Shown: piece by piece, positions 34,380-48,986 of the stretch | How the letters are laid out: each line of letters opens with the position of its first letter | Position numbering within the stretch: position 1 is the first letter of the stretch | Source of the DNA: a virus | Lineage: Duplodnaviria > Caudoviricetes | Strand: one strand, 5' to 3' | DNA: 64,000 nucleotides | Virus record (IMG/VR): IMGVR_UViG_3300031867_000032 | Span: 1-64,000 of that record | Notes under the pieces: model-generated | The model's database searches: none | The model's input: the letters and a program-made list of their open reading frames with translations, nothing else | Told to the model about the DNA's origin: nothing | Position numbers and translations under genes: made by a program

Positions 34380-37300
34380 ATGGCTACCATATTAAGTACA
34401 CTTTATCCTCCTCTCATTGATACTTTTATGCCAGCTTTTCCTAATACAGATAGTGCGGTGGCACATTTTACTGTGTCACCGTATAATTCTACTTATGATA
34501 TTCAATATTTGCATGTAACATTAGTAAATCAAAAAACTAATAAGAACGCTTTTTCAACAGAAGCAAATATTGAAACACCAGAGGGAACGGCTTTAATCAA
34601 TGGGATTTGAATTCTACCTTTTTCTGAGTCTCTTAATGGAGATATTAATCCTTATCTCGAAATGAACAGAGCAAATAATTATTTTACACTATATATTCCA
34701 AGAGCTCTACTAAAGGCTAATGAAGATGGGTCAAATACTTTTAATGTAAACAGCTATTATAAATTACAATTAAGATTTGACAAATATGTTTCAACTGATA
34801 ATAGTTGATCTATTACTCAAGCTAATAGTAATTATATTTCTGAAAAGCGAGCTTATTTTTCAGAATGGTCTAGTGTTTGTTTATTAAAAGCTATTCCAGA
34901 AATTACTGTCCATTTTAATAATTTTACATATGAACCTACTGAAAATTATGGAGCTAGCTCTACTACTGCGGTCACTAATTTACCTTCTACAACTGTTGTT
35001 CCATCAAGAGTCCCGCAATATATGCCTGGTATTATTCCTTTTGCAGGAAATCTTACTTTTGCGGGGAATAATGATAATTCTATTAGTAAGAGTGCAAATT
35101 CAGAATATTATCAAAGAGATATTCGCACTACTTCTAATGATGAATATTTAATGTCTTATCGAATAATTGTTCAAGATCAATTAGGTAATCTTATTAAAGA
35201 CAGTAAAATTCAATATCCATCTAAAGATGAAAAGACAAATACTTTTTATTGATTATGTGATATGACAGAGGTTGCTCCTGGCGCAGACTATAATGTAACT
35301 CTTAATTTTACAACAAATAATCAATATACTTTTTCTAAAACTTTTACTTTTACTTTAATGGAACCAACTGTTACTAATTTTGAGCCAAAGATTAGTTTTA
35401 ATAAAATTCCTTTGAAAGCATATGGAATTGAAGAACAAGTTTTAGTTACTTCAGAAGATGGATGAGTAGACGTTACAGTTCAATGAAATGGTAGTTTTGA
35501 TAATGGTTATTTATTTATTAAAAGAGCTACTTCGTTGACAAACTTTAAAGAATGAGAGTTATTAGATTGTTATTACAATGATGATAATACAAATTTAACT
35601 AGAACTATTACTGATAAAACTATTAGTAGTCTTGTTGGTTATAAATATGCTTGTCAATATTTAACTGTTAAAGGTTCTTGGTCTCAAACTGTAATAAGCC
35701 CTGAAATTGTTTATCCTGATTTTCATGATATTTTATTAAGTCGTGGAGATAAACAATTAGCAGTTAGATATAATCCACAAATTGCAAGTTTAACACCAGT
35801 AGTAAGTCGTGTAAAAATTGATACTTTAGGTGGCCGTTACCCTAAATTTGCGGAAAATGCTAAACTTCATTATAAGCAATTCCAATTATCCGGTTTAATA
35901 ACTGCGGAAAGTGATTTCAACCGTACTTTCTTAAATGATTTAGACTATAACGATGATATGGATTTATATAATGATAAAATGAATGGACAATATCAAATTC
36001 GTAATGATACTGTCCAAGAGACAGAAATAATGTACGGAATAGACTCAGACGGGAATGTTATTCCTAAATATAATGGTACTTATAGTGCGGAAATTGAGTC
36101 TGCGGATACTGACACTGAAATTCTTTTAAGAGATACACAAAAGAATACCAGACATGATCTTTATCCTAAAGATAATTGATGGTGAGAAAGAAAATTCCGT
36201 GAAGAAGTTATGGAATGACTCAATGATGGAGAACCTAAATTATATCGCTCTATGACTGAAGGTAATTTAATTGTAATGTTAGATTCTATCAGCTTAACAC
36301 CTAATGCACAATTGGGTCGCCGCATCTGGAATTTTTCTTGTACCGTTTATGAAGTTGGGGATGGTAATTCGCTAGAACAACTTGATGCTCTTGGAATTTA
36401 TCCAGTAGTAAATAGTTATAGTATAAATTTAACATCTGATCAAGGAATAACCACAGAAAATACAAATACATTATTGGGTCAAACTTATAGAATAAAAGCA
36501 AGTCCTAATGGTACAAATTTAATTCATACCGGTGAGTATGGAGACGATTATGGATATGTTTCTATCATTAATAGTAATGGTGAATTAGATGATAAAGTAA
36601 AAGCTCTTTCTATTGGAGATCAGATAGGTAATCTTTATACAGGATTGTATCAGAATTTTGATTTTGATACTTCAACAATTCGATTAAAAGATGTTAAAAT
36701 TCAATTTGAATCATTGCCGCAATGATATGATTTAGATTCTATGTCTCCTTCAAATCATGCTATTGGCGGGCTATATTTGACTATTCAAAGAAATGATGAA
36801 TTAGTTGATATAGTAGTAGATGAAAATTATCGAATCGTTGAAGTAAAGAATAATGCTCCTTTATGAGTTCAAGAAGGAATGACTATTACAGATTTCTTGT
36901 CTGATTGAGAAACTAAATCAGGAAATACATATTATAAAATTGAAGATGAAGATCAGTATATATATACAACTATTTCTTCCGATGATTATGAGTCAGAAAC
37001 TTTTAATTATTATAAATTTAAAGAACCTTATACTAAAGATGGAAGAAATTATATTAGCAAAGCTGAATTAAAAGGAAAAAGATTTATTTTAAAAGATTCT
37101 AATATACAAGATGCTTCTACTGATTATGCTACTTATACAGCAGTAAGTCCAACTACTTCTTTGCCAGAAACAGAAGAGGAATGAGGAACTTATTATGTTT
37201 TAGTTGATAAAATTGCAGAAGATGGATCAACAGAAAATTCTGAATATTATGATTATATACAGATTCCAAAGAAAGAATATAAACCTGATTCTAAACAGTA

Positions 37301-40300
37301 TAAAAAAGTACAACTAAATGATAAAAATTATTTTATTGAAGTCTTTGATGAAGAAGAAAAAGATAAATATTTAAAGGGAAAAACTGACGCCGATTCTGAA
37401 GAATATAATGAATATTTTAATGAAAAGTATGTTGGCACAGATGAATATAAAAAGATTTCTTGAAATGATTCTTTGGAGTTTAATTTTTATCTAGCAGAAA
37501 AATTAGATGAAGTTATTTATCAAAGAATTAATAATCCTGCATCTACCGATTATGAAGAAAATAGAGAGCTTTTAAAAGAAAGCATAGATAGCTTAAATAA
37601 CACTATCGAAGATCTATATCTTCAATTAGAAGAAACTTTAAAACAATTTGAGCCATCTGAAGAAGAAGACATTGACCCTAATTCTTTAACACCAGAACAG
37701 CAAGAAAAGTATGATCTTTATAAGAATATTGTTAAACAAATTGATGAAATTTGAGCAATATATATAGATTTTCAAAATATTAAATCATATTTTGACAAAC
37801 CAGGTTGAGGACAAAAATTAGAAGATTGAATTAATGCATATAATATTATTAGCGAGGAAGAGAAAAAAGAATTAGTACATACTATAAAAGAGAATATTAC
37901 AATACAGCGGGATGAAGATTATATTAAATATGTTTCTCTCTTTGAGCCTAAAATAACAGCTTATATATTATATAAATTACGCGAAGAGTCTTTAGATTAT
38001 AGTGACGTTGGATATGACGAATCTATACATTTAATTGATATAGCTAATAAAATAGCTAATGAATTAATGCCTATAAAGGATTTACAGACAAAAGTTTATA
38101 ATTATACGATTATCTATGATAATGAAAATAATATTTATTCTCTTAGAAAATGAAATCCTACTACAGAAGAGCTTAATGCAGAGATAGAACGAATTAATAG
38201 ATGAATATCTTTAATAGAAACAGATATTGCTTCACTAGAGGAAATTATTAGAAATAAAGAATGAGAAGAAGATTCTGAATTATCAGATGAACAAAAATTT
38301 GAAATATTAAATGGATATGAAGAAAATTTAAAAAATGTAAAAGAAAAATTGGCAGAATATCAACGAGAATTAGCATGATGCAATAATAAATTACAAGAAA
38401 TAACCGATAGCAATTCTACAGATAGTGGTTCTACAGATGATAGTTCTACAGATGATAGTTCTACAGATAGTGGTTCTACAGATAGTGGTTCTACAGATAG
38501 TGGGTCTACAGGTAGTGACTCTACAGATAATGATTCTATAGATAGTAGTAATACTACAAATATAATTGGTGAAGATGAAGTAAATAATATCAAAAATACT
38601 GCTAATTTATTTAAAGCTATTTTTGAAAAAATTGATGAAAGAAATTCACAAGAAGAAAATTGAAAGATATTGAATGAAAAACTATCTGAGGCAAATGAAA
38701 ATAGTGTTTATCATTATGCACGAGCAGAAATTAAGGATATTTTAAAAGGTAATAAGCTTAATTCAAGTAATAATACAATAATAAAGTTTAATGCTAATAC
38801 TTTATTATTAGAAAACTTACCAGAAGATCTTGACGATGACAATATTTATAATTATTTCAAATATACCGTAGAAGAAGAGCTTATAGACCAATTAGAAGAA
38901 GAGAATGATGATGAAGAAAAAGTCGTAACAAAGCTTCTCATTACTTATAAACCAATTACTAATGAAAAAGATATTAAAGAAGAGGATTATGATTTTATTT
39001 ATATTTGAAATGATTATTTTAAATATCTTATAAGTCTTTCAACTTTAAAAAATATATTAGATGATAATAATCAATATGTTTATATAGGAGATGATTCTTC
39101 TATATCTTTTGAAGAAGAAAATCTTTTTAAGCAAATTACAGAAATTTCAACTGAAAATTTCTTCTTATATTCTGAAACCGAACCATCTAAATACATTATT
39201 TATAATACCGAAGATGAAACGAGATATTATAAAATTTTAGATGAGAACTTTTTATCAGTTGCCGATTGAAAAAATAATACTATTTACTATTATCTCATTG
39301 ATACAGATGGTATTCCAAGCGAAGAAGACTATTGAGAAATAGGTACTGATATAGACGAAGGTTCAATATCAACTTTCTATGAAAAAATAAATAAAAAATA
39401 TAAAGAAGAATCTTCAGAAGAAGAAGAAAAAGATATTAGCGAAATCACTTATCCGCATTATGTTGTAATAAATACAGAAAAGAAATATGAATATCCTGTT
39501 TACATTAGATTAAAAAGAAAAAATCCCAATATAGATGACGATTATACTAATTATGAATTTAAACCATTAACAGAAGTCCTAGACTATATAAATGAATTCA
39601 TTTATGTTAATAGTTATAATTCTTATGTTTCTAAAGAAGATACTGATAAGATAAAAATAACGACAGTATTAGGACCTGGAAATCAATTAATTAGAGTTAA
39701 TACTGATACTGGGGAAGATTTAAGTTTTACAAATCTTAAAGATACAGATTCTGGTATTATAAGTGCTCAAATAACTGATTTCATCGACAATCAAATTAAA
39801 CGAAAAAATTATGGATTAGGATATAAACTACAATTAAAGTTAGCATCGCCGCATAATCCAGGTGCTATTCTAACTCGTACAATTTTTGTTAATGAAAGAG
39901 GATATTATCAAGTACCTTCTAATATGATTGTAAAAGAAATTAAGCTATTTGATGAAGCTGTTGCAACACTTGATTATATTCTAGAATATGATTTAACTTA
40001 TAATGATGTAACTGAGCCAAATTCTTATGAGGTTAGTGAATCTATAGTTGGTCAAATTTCTGGTGAATGGGATCATAACACTTCTATTGCACCTATTATT
40101 TCTAAAAAATATTGAGCCTATGATCAAAATAATTCAACTATAAACCAACAGATGGTTGACTATTGGAAAGCTATCAGTTTTGATGGAACTCCTTATACAA
40201 TTCTTGATATTCAGCCTACTGGTACTCAGAATTCAATGCGGTATATAGTTGGTCGTTCAGGTGTATTAAATCTCCAAACAGATTATCCTACTTTAAATAT

Positions 40301-40847
40301 GTATATCGCAGGAAAGCGTATGATACAAGCACCTATTACACGTCAACCGTATTTAGATGAATGAGAGTATGTTATTGATGAATCTGTTTATACAGGTAAA
40401 CAAGATTCTGAATCAGAGGATGGTTTCTACTGATGAGTTGTTTATAATAATCAAACTACAGAAGAAACAGATGTTATTGTAAAAGTTCATTTAGAAACAC
40501 CAAAAACTTATGAAGAAACAATTCAAGTAGATGAAGATTCTTCTTTGACGGTAGATGTTTTAGAATTTGATGCTGAGGAAGCTAAGGTTGTAGCAGATAC
40601 TTGGTATAGCTTAGAAGATACTCATTATGCGTCAACAGAAATTTTGGATCCAAAGCCAAATACTATTTATGGAATTGTTAATACTTTAGGTGTTATCGAG
40701 TATAAGATATATTATCTTGACCGAGGTTGATTTAACGTGACATTCCCAAATATTGCGGATAATGACTACTCCATTGCATATGCTCAAGTGCCTGTTTATG
40801 GAATGATAGATTATCGTGCTAATATTATAAAGAAACTATGGAGTTAA
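34380..40847 (+). CDS. Large distal-tail/baseplate-like protein, 2155 aa, with a long acidic insertion
   Basis: AAAGGAGG RBS; one frame with TGA=Trp; MATILSTLYPPLIDTFMPAF start, LGGRYPKF and WWWERKFREEVMEWLNDGEPKLYRSMTEGN motifs. Confidence 0.65.
38415..38549 (+). repeat. Nine tandem 15-bp units (TCTACAGATAGTGGT consensus) encoding STDSG/STDDS
   Basis: Direct reading of the sequence; in frame with the 34380 gene. Confidence 0.9.
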
Positions 40848-40864
40848 TAAGGAGTTGATAACAA

Positions 40865-43333
40865 ATGAGAAAAACTTACCCTTATCTTGAAGAATCTTAT
40901 ACTGCTCATTTAAAAGACAATCCTTATCTTGAAAATCCATATGTTTATAATGTAAACACAGAGCAAAGAAAAAGAAATTTTCTTTCTCAAATTGATAATT
41001 TTATTAATCAAAAACAATATATCAACATGACCTTATTAGATTGACAAGAGAGACCTCTCAAAGAAATTGATGGTGTTATTACTTCTGGTTCAATCACTAA
41101 AGATGGAAGCAGTTCTGTCCGCAGGACTGCTTCCCTTTCTTGCTCTTTAGATGGCGGCGTTTATGATGTTGATGATTTAAGAATGGATTTTGCCTTAAAT
41201 AAAAAAATCTTTATAGAAATTGGTGTTAAAAATAAAACCAATAGATATGAAGATTGACCTATTTTGTGATTCCCGCAAGGAGTTTTCTATATTAATTCAA
41301 TAAGCTTTAACTCAGCTACTTCTTCTGCAGTTAATCTAAGTTTACAGCTAAAAGATAAAATGTGCCTATTAAATGGGGACGTTGGCGGAAAATTACCTGC
41401 AACTGTTCCATTTGATACTATGACAACTCAATTAGCTGATGGTACAATTACTGAACAAAAAGTATTATATTATAATATTATTACTGAATTAGTCCATCAT
41501 TGGGGAGAAGAAGATTTAAATAACATCATTATCCAAGATGTTCCTTTACGAATCCGCAAAGTAATGGCTTGAAATGGTGAAAATGCTGTTTACCTAAGTG
41601 AAAGTCAGGATACGGTTGTTGATAATTCTTATCAATTTTCAATAGAAGCTCAAGAAGGATATAACAAGTATGAACAAGGCGATGATATCGGATATGTTTA
41701 TGCTGACTTTGTTCCTACATCTGAAATTACTGGGTCTGTTGGGGATTCAGTTTGTACTATTCTCGATACTATAAAAAACCAATTAGGTAATTATGAATAC
41801 TTTTATGATGTATTTGGAATCTTTCACTTCAGAGAAATAAAAAATTATTTAAATATCACACAATCAAATATTCTTCTCCAAGAGATGGGAAATGCGGGAA
41901 GACACATTAATTTAGAAGAGGGCCAATTCCAATTAGATACCGGCTCTGAAATACAATATTTAGTAGAAACGACTAGTGAAAAAACAGTTTATTCTTTTAC
42001 AGATGCTACTAATATTACTTCAATTACAGTAACTCCAAATTATGATAACATAAAAAATGATTTTATCATAAATGGAATTAGACAAAATACATCATCGGAT
42101 GTACAATATCCTATTCGTTATAGATGTGTTATAGATGAAAAACCTGAAATTGAGTTTTATGTTAATGCAGATACCGCTAATCGTTATAGTCGTAAAATGA
42201 CTTGAACAGAATTAGAAAATCCAAATGCTTCTTATGTAGGAGCCTATGGAGAATTTGATAATATTCTTTTTTATACTCACCCAGATTATTCTGATGGTCG
42301 AGTCGTATTAGAAACGAATCAACTAGGTAAATGAATTGAATATCAAGTCCCGCAAACTGATGCGGATGGAAACCAGATTACAGATGAAGATGGTAATATT
42401 CAATATATGTTTTATATTCCTGAAATAGGAAATATGGATCAGATATATCGTTCTGGCGAAACAGAATTTCAAATTTGAAATGGTTCAGAATACACTAAAG
42501 TTTACTTAAAAGATAACCCTAGTGATCGAGATGCGGAAGAAAAAGATCCTATAATTTATAGCTCTATGGTTGGTGGATTGGGGCCGTATTATCCAATAGA
42601 TTGAAGAACTTTTATGTATCTTTATGGATTAGAAGCAAATGCCAATGGCACAGATCCAGGACCGTATTTTCAAGATTTATATAATTTTTGACCAAATGAA
42701 TACAATCTCCGCAGGGATAAACAATGTTTCTTTGGAGAAGAAGCAGATGGTAGTATTCATTTTAAAACTTTAGCTCAGGGGAATTTTTTCTTTGATATTA
42801 TTGATGCTAGTTCTTCTTCTCTTGGAGAATATAGCGTCCAAAATATTGGTCGTAGAATAGATAGTTACAATGAAGATGATGTTAATTGTTTATTTAGACC
42901 AGAAATTCCTAATGTAGTTTTCTTAAATAAGGATGATCCAAGTCAAAATTGATCTGAAAATACTACAATAACAGAACTTAGAAATGTTTCAAGTACAATA
43001 GAAATGCTTGAAGCTCAAAGACAAGAATGTATTTTAAATAATCAACCTTGAGTTCAAGTTCCTAATGACGTTTATGCTAATTTGATTACTGGTGGCTATT
43101 TAAATAGTGCGTATGAAGCTTTAAGATATGAATTGTTTGCACATACAAAATATCAAAAAGTTGTTTCAATTACAGCTTTGCCCGCATTTTATCTTGAACC
43201 TAATAGCAGAGTAGAAGTTTCAGAAAGAACAACTAATACTTATGGTGACTTTATGATTCAAAATATAAGTTTAACATTGGGGCCTGGAGCAAATATGTCT
43301 GTTAGCTTAAATGAAGTTTCTGAAAGATTATAA
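40865..43333 (+). CDS. Baseplate hub/tail protein (DUF5048-like), 822 aa
   Basis: LLDWQERPLKEIDGVITSGSITKDGSSSVRRT N-terminal motif and C-terminal ITALPAFYLEPNSRV; one frame with TGA=Trp. Confidence 0.65.
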
Positions 43334-43345
43334 GGAGGTGTGTAT

Positions 43346-44458
43346 ATGGCTCGTACAACTAATTATGGATTGGGGCAATATCGTTTTAATAAAGAATATT
43401 CTTATATAGGAGAATTACAGAACTCCACTATAGAATATTATAGTAATGAGAGTTATGGTTCTACAAAATATCAAGATATTCTTGTTACACTTCCTGTTGC
43501 GGAAAATACTAGTACTCCATTAATTCAATATGGAAAAACTTATTATATAGAATTAACAGTACCTCAAAATCAAGAATATACAACAACAATTGATTTAAAA
43601 TTATGTGCTGCAACAACTATTAATCAAAATAGTGCACCTGACCTCAATCGTTTTCAGAATATAAAAAGATTAATAGTTCCGCCAACTCCTAACCCAGATG
43701 ATAAAATCCATAGTCCTGTCTTATTATTTGAGTCTCCTGAGACACAAAATATAAAAGATAATCCTGAGACGCCAGAAAAAGAAGAGGAAAAAGAGACAAT
43801 TTTAGCCGCAGTTATTGAAGATTGTATTGAAGGTATGGGTTTATCTCCGTATCACGTTTATAAATATAAAAATCAATATTTTTATTGTTATAAGAATCTT
43901 AATTCTAGTGAGATATGAAATTCAATAAGTGGAGAAAATGGAGGAGAAAAATCTCCATATTTTATAAAAAATAAAAATGTTAGTACATTGATACAAACTT
44001 GAAAAGTTTCAGAAGGAAAAGAGTCTACTGTAACATATAAGTTTGCATTTTCACCTAAATATAATCTTGAAGGTGGTTATAAATATTTGTTAATTGAAAC
44101 AAATCGAGAAAATGGTTGAAGTCAAACTATGCAATGAATTAATGATAATGGCGAAACTTATTATGGCACTACTTTAGATATAGCTAGTGTTAATTTTAAA
44201 ATATACAGTGTTTCTAATCTTTTGGAAAGAAATGCACTTGGTCAATCACAAATTCAATCTAGTACAGGGCAACTTACTCACATTGGAATTTGGGGCCACC
44301 CAGAACAAGCATTTACTATTAATGGCGAAGAAATTAAAATTGGTCAAAGTGGCTTCTATGAGCTAAATGATTACATTATTAATAATATAGGTGTAATTGT
44401 TACAGATAAACAAGTTGATCGATTTACAATCGATTATGAATATAAAGTGGTTAATTAG
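43346..44458 (+). CDS. Baseplate/tail hypothetical protein, 370 aa
   Basis: AAGGAGG RBS; joins track fragments 43340 and 44222; ends FTINGEEIKIGQSGFYEL...FTIDYEY. Confidence 0.6.
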
Positions 44459-44477
44459 ACAAAGGGGGAAACGATTT

Positions 44478-47183
44478 ATGAGTTTAGAAAGTTTCTACGG
44501 TGGAAAGCAGGGTGTTTCCCCCGTTATTAAAAATAGATTTAAATATATCAATGTTGATGATGAAGCTTACAAGGACCGTATTAATCAAGAAACAAGATTA
44601 ACTTATGATGAATATTTATGTTTAAGAGATAATAAAATTGAACCTTATTGATCTACAAAATGAGAAGATTTATTAGAAAAAGATGAACAAGATAAAAATA
44701 AAACTAAACCTCCTTTAATAGAATGAACTACTACAAAATTAAAGCCATTTACTATGGACGAGTGTTTAAAAGACGTTAATTATACAGATGTTTGGTATGG
44801 AGAACTTTGTATAATTGATACAGATAGTAAATATAATCCTAATAATGGTAAACTTTATCGTCGTACTTTAAAACAAGTTGATAATAAAAATGCTAAAACT
44901 GAGGATACTGCTTATGCAGAATATATAGGGCAAATTGTTGGTCCTATGGGCGGCGTATCTAAATTTGTATTTGGTTCTGTAGATGATGCCCGTAAGATGG
45001 CAGTTGGCGAATCACCAACTTATCCAAGCGATGTTGGTGCTACACCTTTAAATATAGCAAATTGAGATTATTTTTATCAAGATGCCGAAGGAAAAATGTC
45101 TGCCACCCCTCCCACTGGAGAATTGGGTAATGGCACTGTAAAATATGATGATATTGCCGTTTTAACATCAAATAATATTGTCTCAAGCGAAGGAAGTTCA
45201 AATAATTTTAATATTAGAACTGTCCCTGGAGTTGATCTTGATGGAAATGGTGTTCCTATAAGAGAAGATCCTAATAAAGAAGATAGTTTAATATATAATG
45301 ATAGAATTGAATATACTTGATGCAATGTTGTTAGAAAAGATGATGATAAAAATTTAGACGCATGAGTATATATGGGATTTGATATTCCTTATACTGTTTA
45401 TGAATCTAAAGCGGTTAATATTCCCTATTGGTTAAATCTTGATAGCGTTGGATATTCAAAAGATACTCATAATCCAGAGCATCCTTTTTATCACAATTTA
45501 CATTTTTATATTCCAAGAGGAACTAGAGGTATTGGTCCTGAAGAAATTATGGTGGTAGGAGAAGATTTTAATTCCTTACCCAAAAATACCAATCTTTATT
45601 CTTTGGGCGATATAATCTATAATTCTAAAATAGATAAATATAGTTTAAAACCAAATGTTCAATCTATAACACCACAAACAATTCAATGGGAAAAAGATGA
45701 AAATGGCAATGATATAGAAACTACTATAAATAGTACTTCATATTGAGTTGCTAAATGAACTCTTTATAATCCTAAACAGGTAAAAGGTAATGTTGGGCTC
45801 AGAGATGCTCCTGGAGAAGATTCTACTACATACGAAACAGTTTATGTTTATCTTGGTAATTATCGAGATATTCATAGTATTAATTTAGAAAAAGATGGTA
45901 CTTTTTCTATCAATTATTCTGATGGAACTTCTAAAACTTATAATAAAATTATTACTTGAGTTACTGGCGTATCTCTTAATACTACAGATAAAGAAAATGC
46001 TAACTATGGTCAATTCCAAATAACTTTTAATAATAATAAAATACCTGAAATCAATGAGAATTTACATTTAATTAAAAATGTAAATTATGACGACTCTACA
46101 GGCAAAATAACTTTTACTTACAGTGAGCAACAAAATGATAATGCTGAAGGTATTGAAGTTTGAGATATATTAACTGGAAATATTGTTTATCCAAAACAAA
46201 TTGACATAGATACAAATAAAGCTAGTAATAATTATGGTAAAGTAACTTATTATAACAATACTGATTTTAATAATGGTAACTTAAAGCAAAATGCTCAATC
46301 CAAAGATATTGCTACACTTCCTTTAATTAAAAGTAATAATTACAACCCTGATACTGGTATTATTACTTTTACTTATGCAGGAAATTCTAATGATATAACT
46401 GTTCCAACAGATAATGCAATAGAGTATATATCTGTAATGAAAATAGATCCAAACACAGGTGAACTTCAGTATAAATTTAATACAGATAAAGCAACTGATC
46501 CTTGAAGAAATCTTACTGACAATGAGAATAATAATTTTATACTTCGAGATATAGTAGATCTTAAGATTAGTGATGGCGTTGCTCCTGCTTCAGTTTATAA
46601 TTTAGTCAATGGAACGCTAGATACAACAACGGCAAACCAAACTCCTTATTTTGGTCATTTATATGTCTTATATCGTGGTGATAATCATTATAAAGATTTA
46701 GGTCAAGTTAAAGTTAGACCTAATATTGGTAGCTTTTTAACGATCAAAAATACCAAGGATGACTCAACTGATTCTTTTGCTTCTGCCGCAGATGCAATGG
46801 ATTTGTTAAATAACGATGGTTATATTAAAGATGATGTGACATATGCTTCTAATACTGGTGAAATTAAATTTGAAGGAGCAGATCAAACAGGTAGCTTTGT
46901 TATTTTCACTATAGGAGAAGAAAATAACTTAGAAACTCATTTAGCATATTATGATGCAATTTCTAATCCAAAACAATGGAAAGATGCGGGTACCGTTGGT
47001 GGTTCAGGTTCTGGAGGAGCCGCGAGTAATATTCAAAGTCCTAATCCTTTTTATAATCCAGCTCAATCAGATAGTGAAGAATATCTTAAATGAGATAATG
47101 AAGTTGAAATAACTTTCAAAGAAGTTTCTTCAACCAATGGTAGTAATCCATTAATTCTTGGTGACTATTCTATTTGACAGTAA
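44478..47183 (+). CDS. Tail/baseplate fibre-like protein, 901 aa
   Basis: MSLESFYGGKQG start; single frame with TGA=Trp; beta-rich repeats (DSTGKITFTY, PDTGIITFTY). Confidence 0.55.
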
Positions 47184-47195
47184 AAGAGGATCAAT

Positions 47196-47543
47196 ATGAT
47201 ATTAGAACAATGAGTTGGTCCTTTTACAGAAGACCCAGAAAAAGTTACTTTTTCAAAAGAAAATGTAACTTATTTACAATTAGGGGTGGAGTATCCACAC
47301 TCCATCCCTCTTTCTGAAATAGAATTAAAAGATGGTGATGAAGGAACTGAAAATACTAGTTGACCAATTAAAATTTCTATCAATAAAGGTGAAGGTCAAT
47401 ATTGAAGAGACTTTGTTATTACGGATAAAGACATACTAGAATTAAAATTAAAAGAGTCAAAAATAGAAGTTATTGTACACGGAAATGATGACCCTCGCAA
47501 TAAATATTTAATTATTAATGCCGCATATGAGACTGCGAGCTAG
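47196..47543 (+). CDS. Hypothetical protein, 115 aa
   Basis: GAGG RBS; open with three TGA; missed by the track. Confidence 0.6.
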
Positions 47544-47557
47544 AAAGGAGAAGTAGA

Positions 47558-48523
47558 ATGGCTGATACAACACTTACCAATAAAGTTCGCAATCCTCGAG
47601 ATTTAAATCAATGGATGAATATTTGGACAGCTACTGTTAAAGATGATATGTCTTATATAATTAGTCCATCTGAAAATTGAAATATCTCTGCGGACAACTT
47701 AGGTCAAATTCCTGCGGACAAACTAGGCCAAATTCCTGTTGATAAAATTTCTCCTGTAAACTTTCAAGATAATGTTGAAGGAACAGAAAAAAATTATACT
47801 ACAACCAATGTTACTATCACAACTGAACCTACAAGTGATAACTTAGGATTAAGTGGCGGCGTTGCCCTTACTAAGACAGATGGTAGTATTAGTGAAAAAC
47901 CATTTGATAATGAATCAGATTCATATTTAAATGGAAAAGGAGAATTTGTATCATTACCTAAATACTCTTTAATAGGTGCTAAAGATGATTCTAATGTTAA
48001 ACTTGCTTTAAATAAAGATACTAACGCAGTTTCAAATATAATTATCAATGGTAGTGGAAAGATTACTACTACTTATAGTAATACTACAATTACACTTAAT
48101 CTTGCTAAAAATAGTGTAGGGACAAATGAGATTGCAGATGAATCTGTTACTATAAATAAGATAGATTGAGATTCTGTAGATCCAAATGATTCTAATAACA
48201 CTATGGCTAAAATTATCAAAGATACTATTGATATTAATTCTTCAGCTAATAGCGGTATAGTGCCCGCAACGGGTGGAAATACTGCCGCAGGTAAAATTTG
48301 AGCAGCTGATTCTACTGGTGAGCCAGGTTGAAATAATTTTTCCAATACTCAATGAAATAATGCAGAAGAAAATACATTAACTCCAAGTAAACTTAATACT
48401 AAATTATTAGGTGCTTGAATAAGTAAAGATTTTCCTATTCATGATGAAAGTAGAAGCAATTCTACGAATAATTATTTAAATGATTGAGACTGAGATCGTT
48501 TTGCAATTTGAATTGAAATTTAA
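47558..48523 (+). CDS. Fibre-like protein, 321 aa
   Basis: AAAGGAG RBS; open with TGA=Trp; NSVGTNEIADESVT fibre repeat; ends AIWIEI. Confidence 0.55.
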
Positions 48524-48532
48524 GGAGGTAAT

Positions 48533-48727
48533 ATGGCGGCAGTTAGTTTTTCAGATTTAATTCATCCTGTTGATTCAATTTATCTCCATAGAGAAGGTTC
48601 TGCTCCTTACAATTTTAATGGGAGTGACAATGAAGGACCGGCCGCATGTTTTGGTGGAACTTGAGTTGATTTAGGACTTACAACAATTGGCTCTGTAACT
48701 TATAGAGTTTGATATAGACAAGGTTAA
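48533..48727 (+). CDS. Small tail-fibre C-terminal-type domain protein, 64 aa
   Basis: HPVDSIY...FGGTW...VWYRQG, the (Y/W)PVGSIY...GGTW...WxRTA pattern; both Trp are TGA. Confidence 0.6.
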
Positions 48728-48739
48728 AGGAGGTTTAAA

Positions 48740-48925
48740 ATGAATACGAACGCAAATACCTGAGTTAATATTTTAGATATTCTTTGGCCTGTTGGATCGT
48801 TATATTATGTTCTTCAAGGTTCAGATAATACTCCTGACACAGTTCTTGGTGGTACTTGAGTCCAACAGAATGTATCTATCCCTATCGGTACTCTCACTTT
48901 TAACGCTTGATATCGCACAGCATAA
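48740..48925 (+). CDS. Small tail-fibre C-terminal-type domain protein, 61 aa (paralogue of the previous gene)
   Basis: WPVGSLY...LGGTW...AWYRTA. Confidence 0.6.
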
Positions 48926-48986
48926 GGGTCAAATATCATTAAAAAAATTAAATAAAAACTATATATAAATGACAGAAAGGAGTAGG

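Noticed and set aside
38415-38549. 15-bp repeats as a mini-CRISPR array
   Set aside because: Head-to-tail units without spacers, in frame within a CDS
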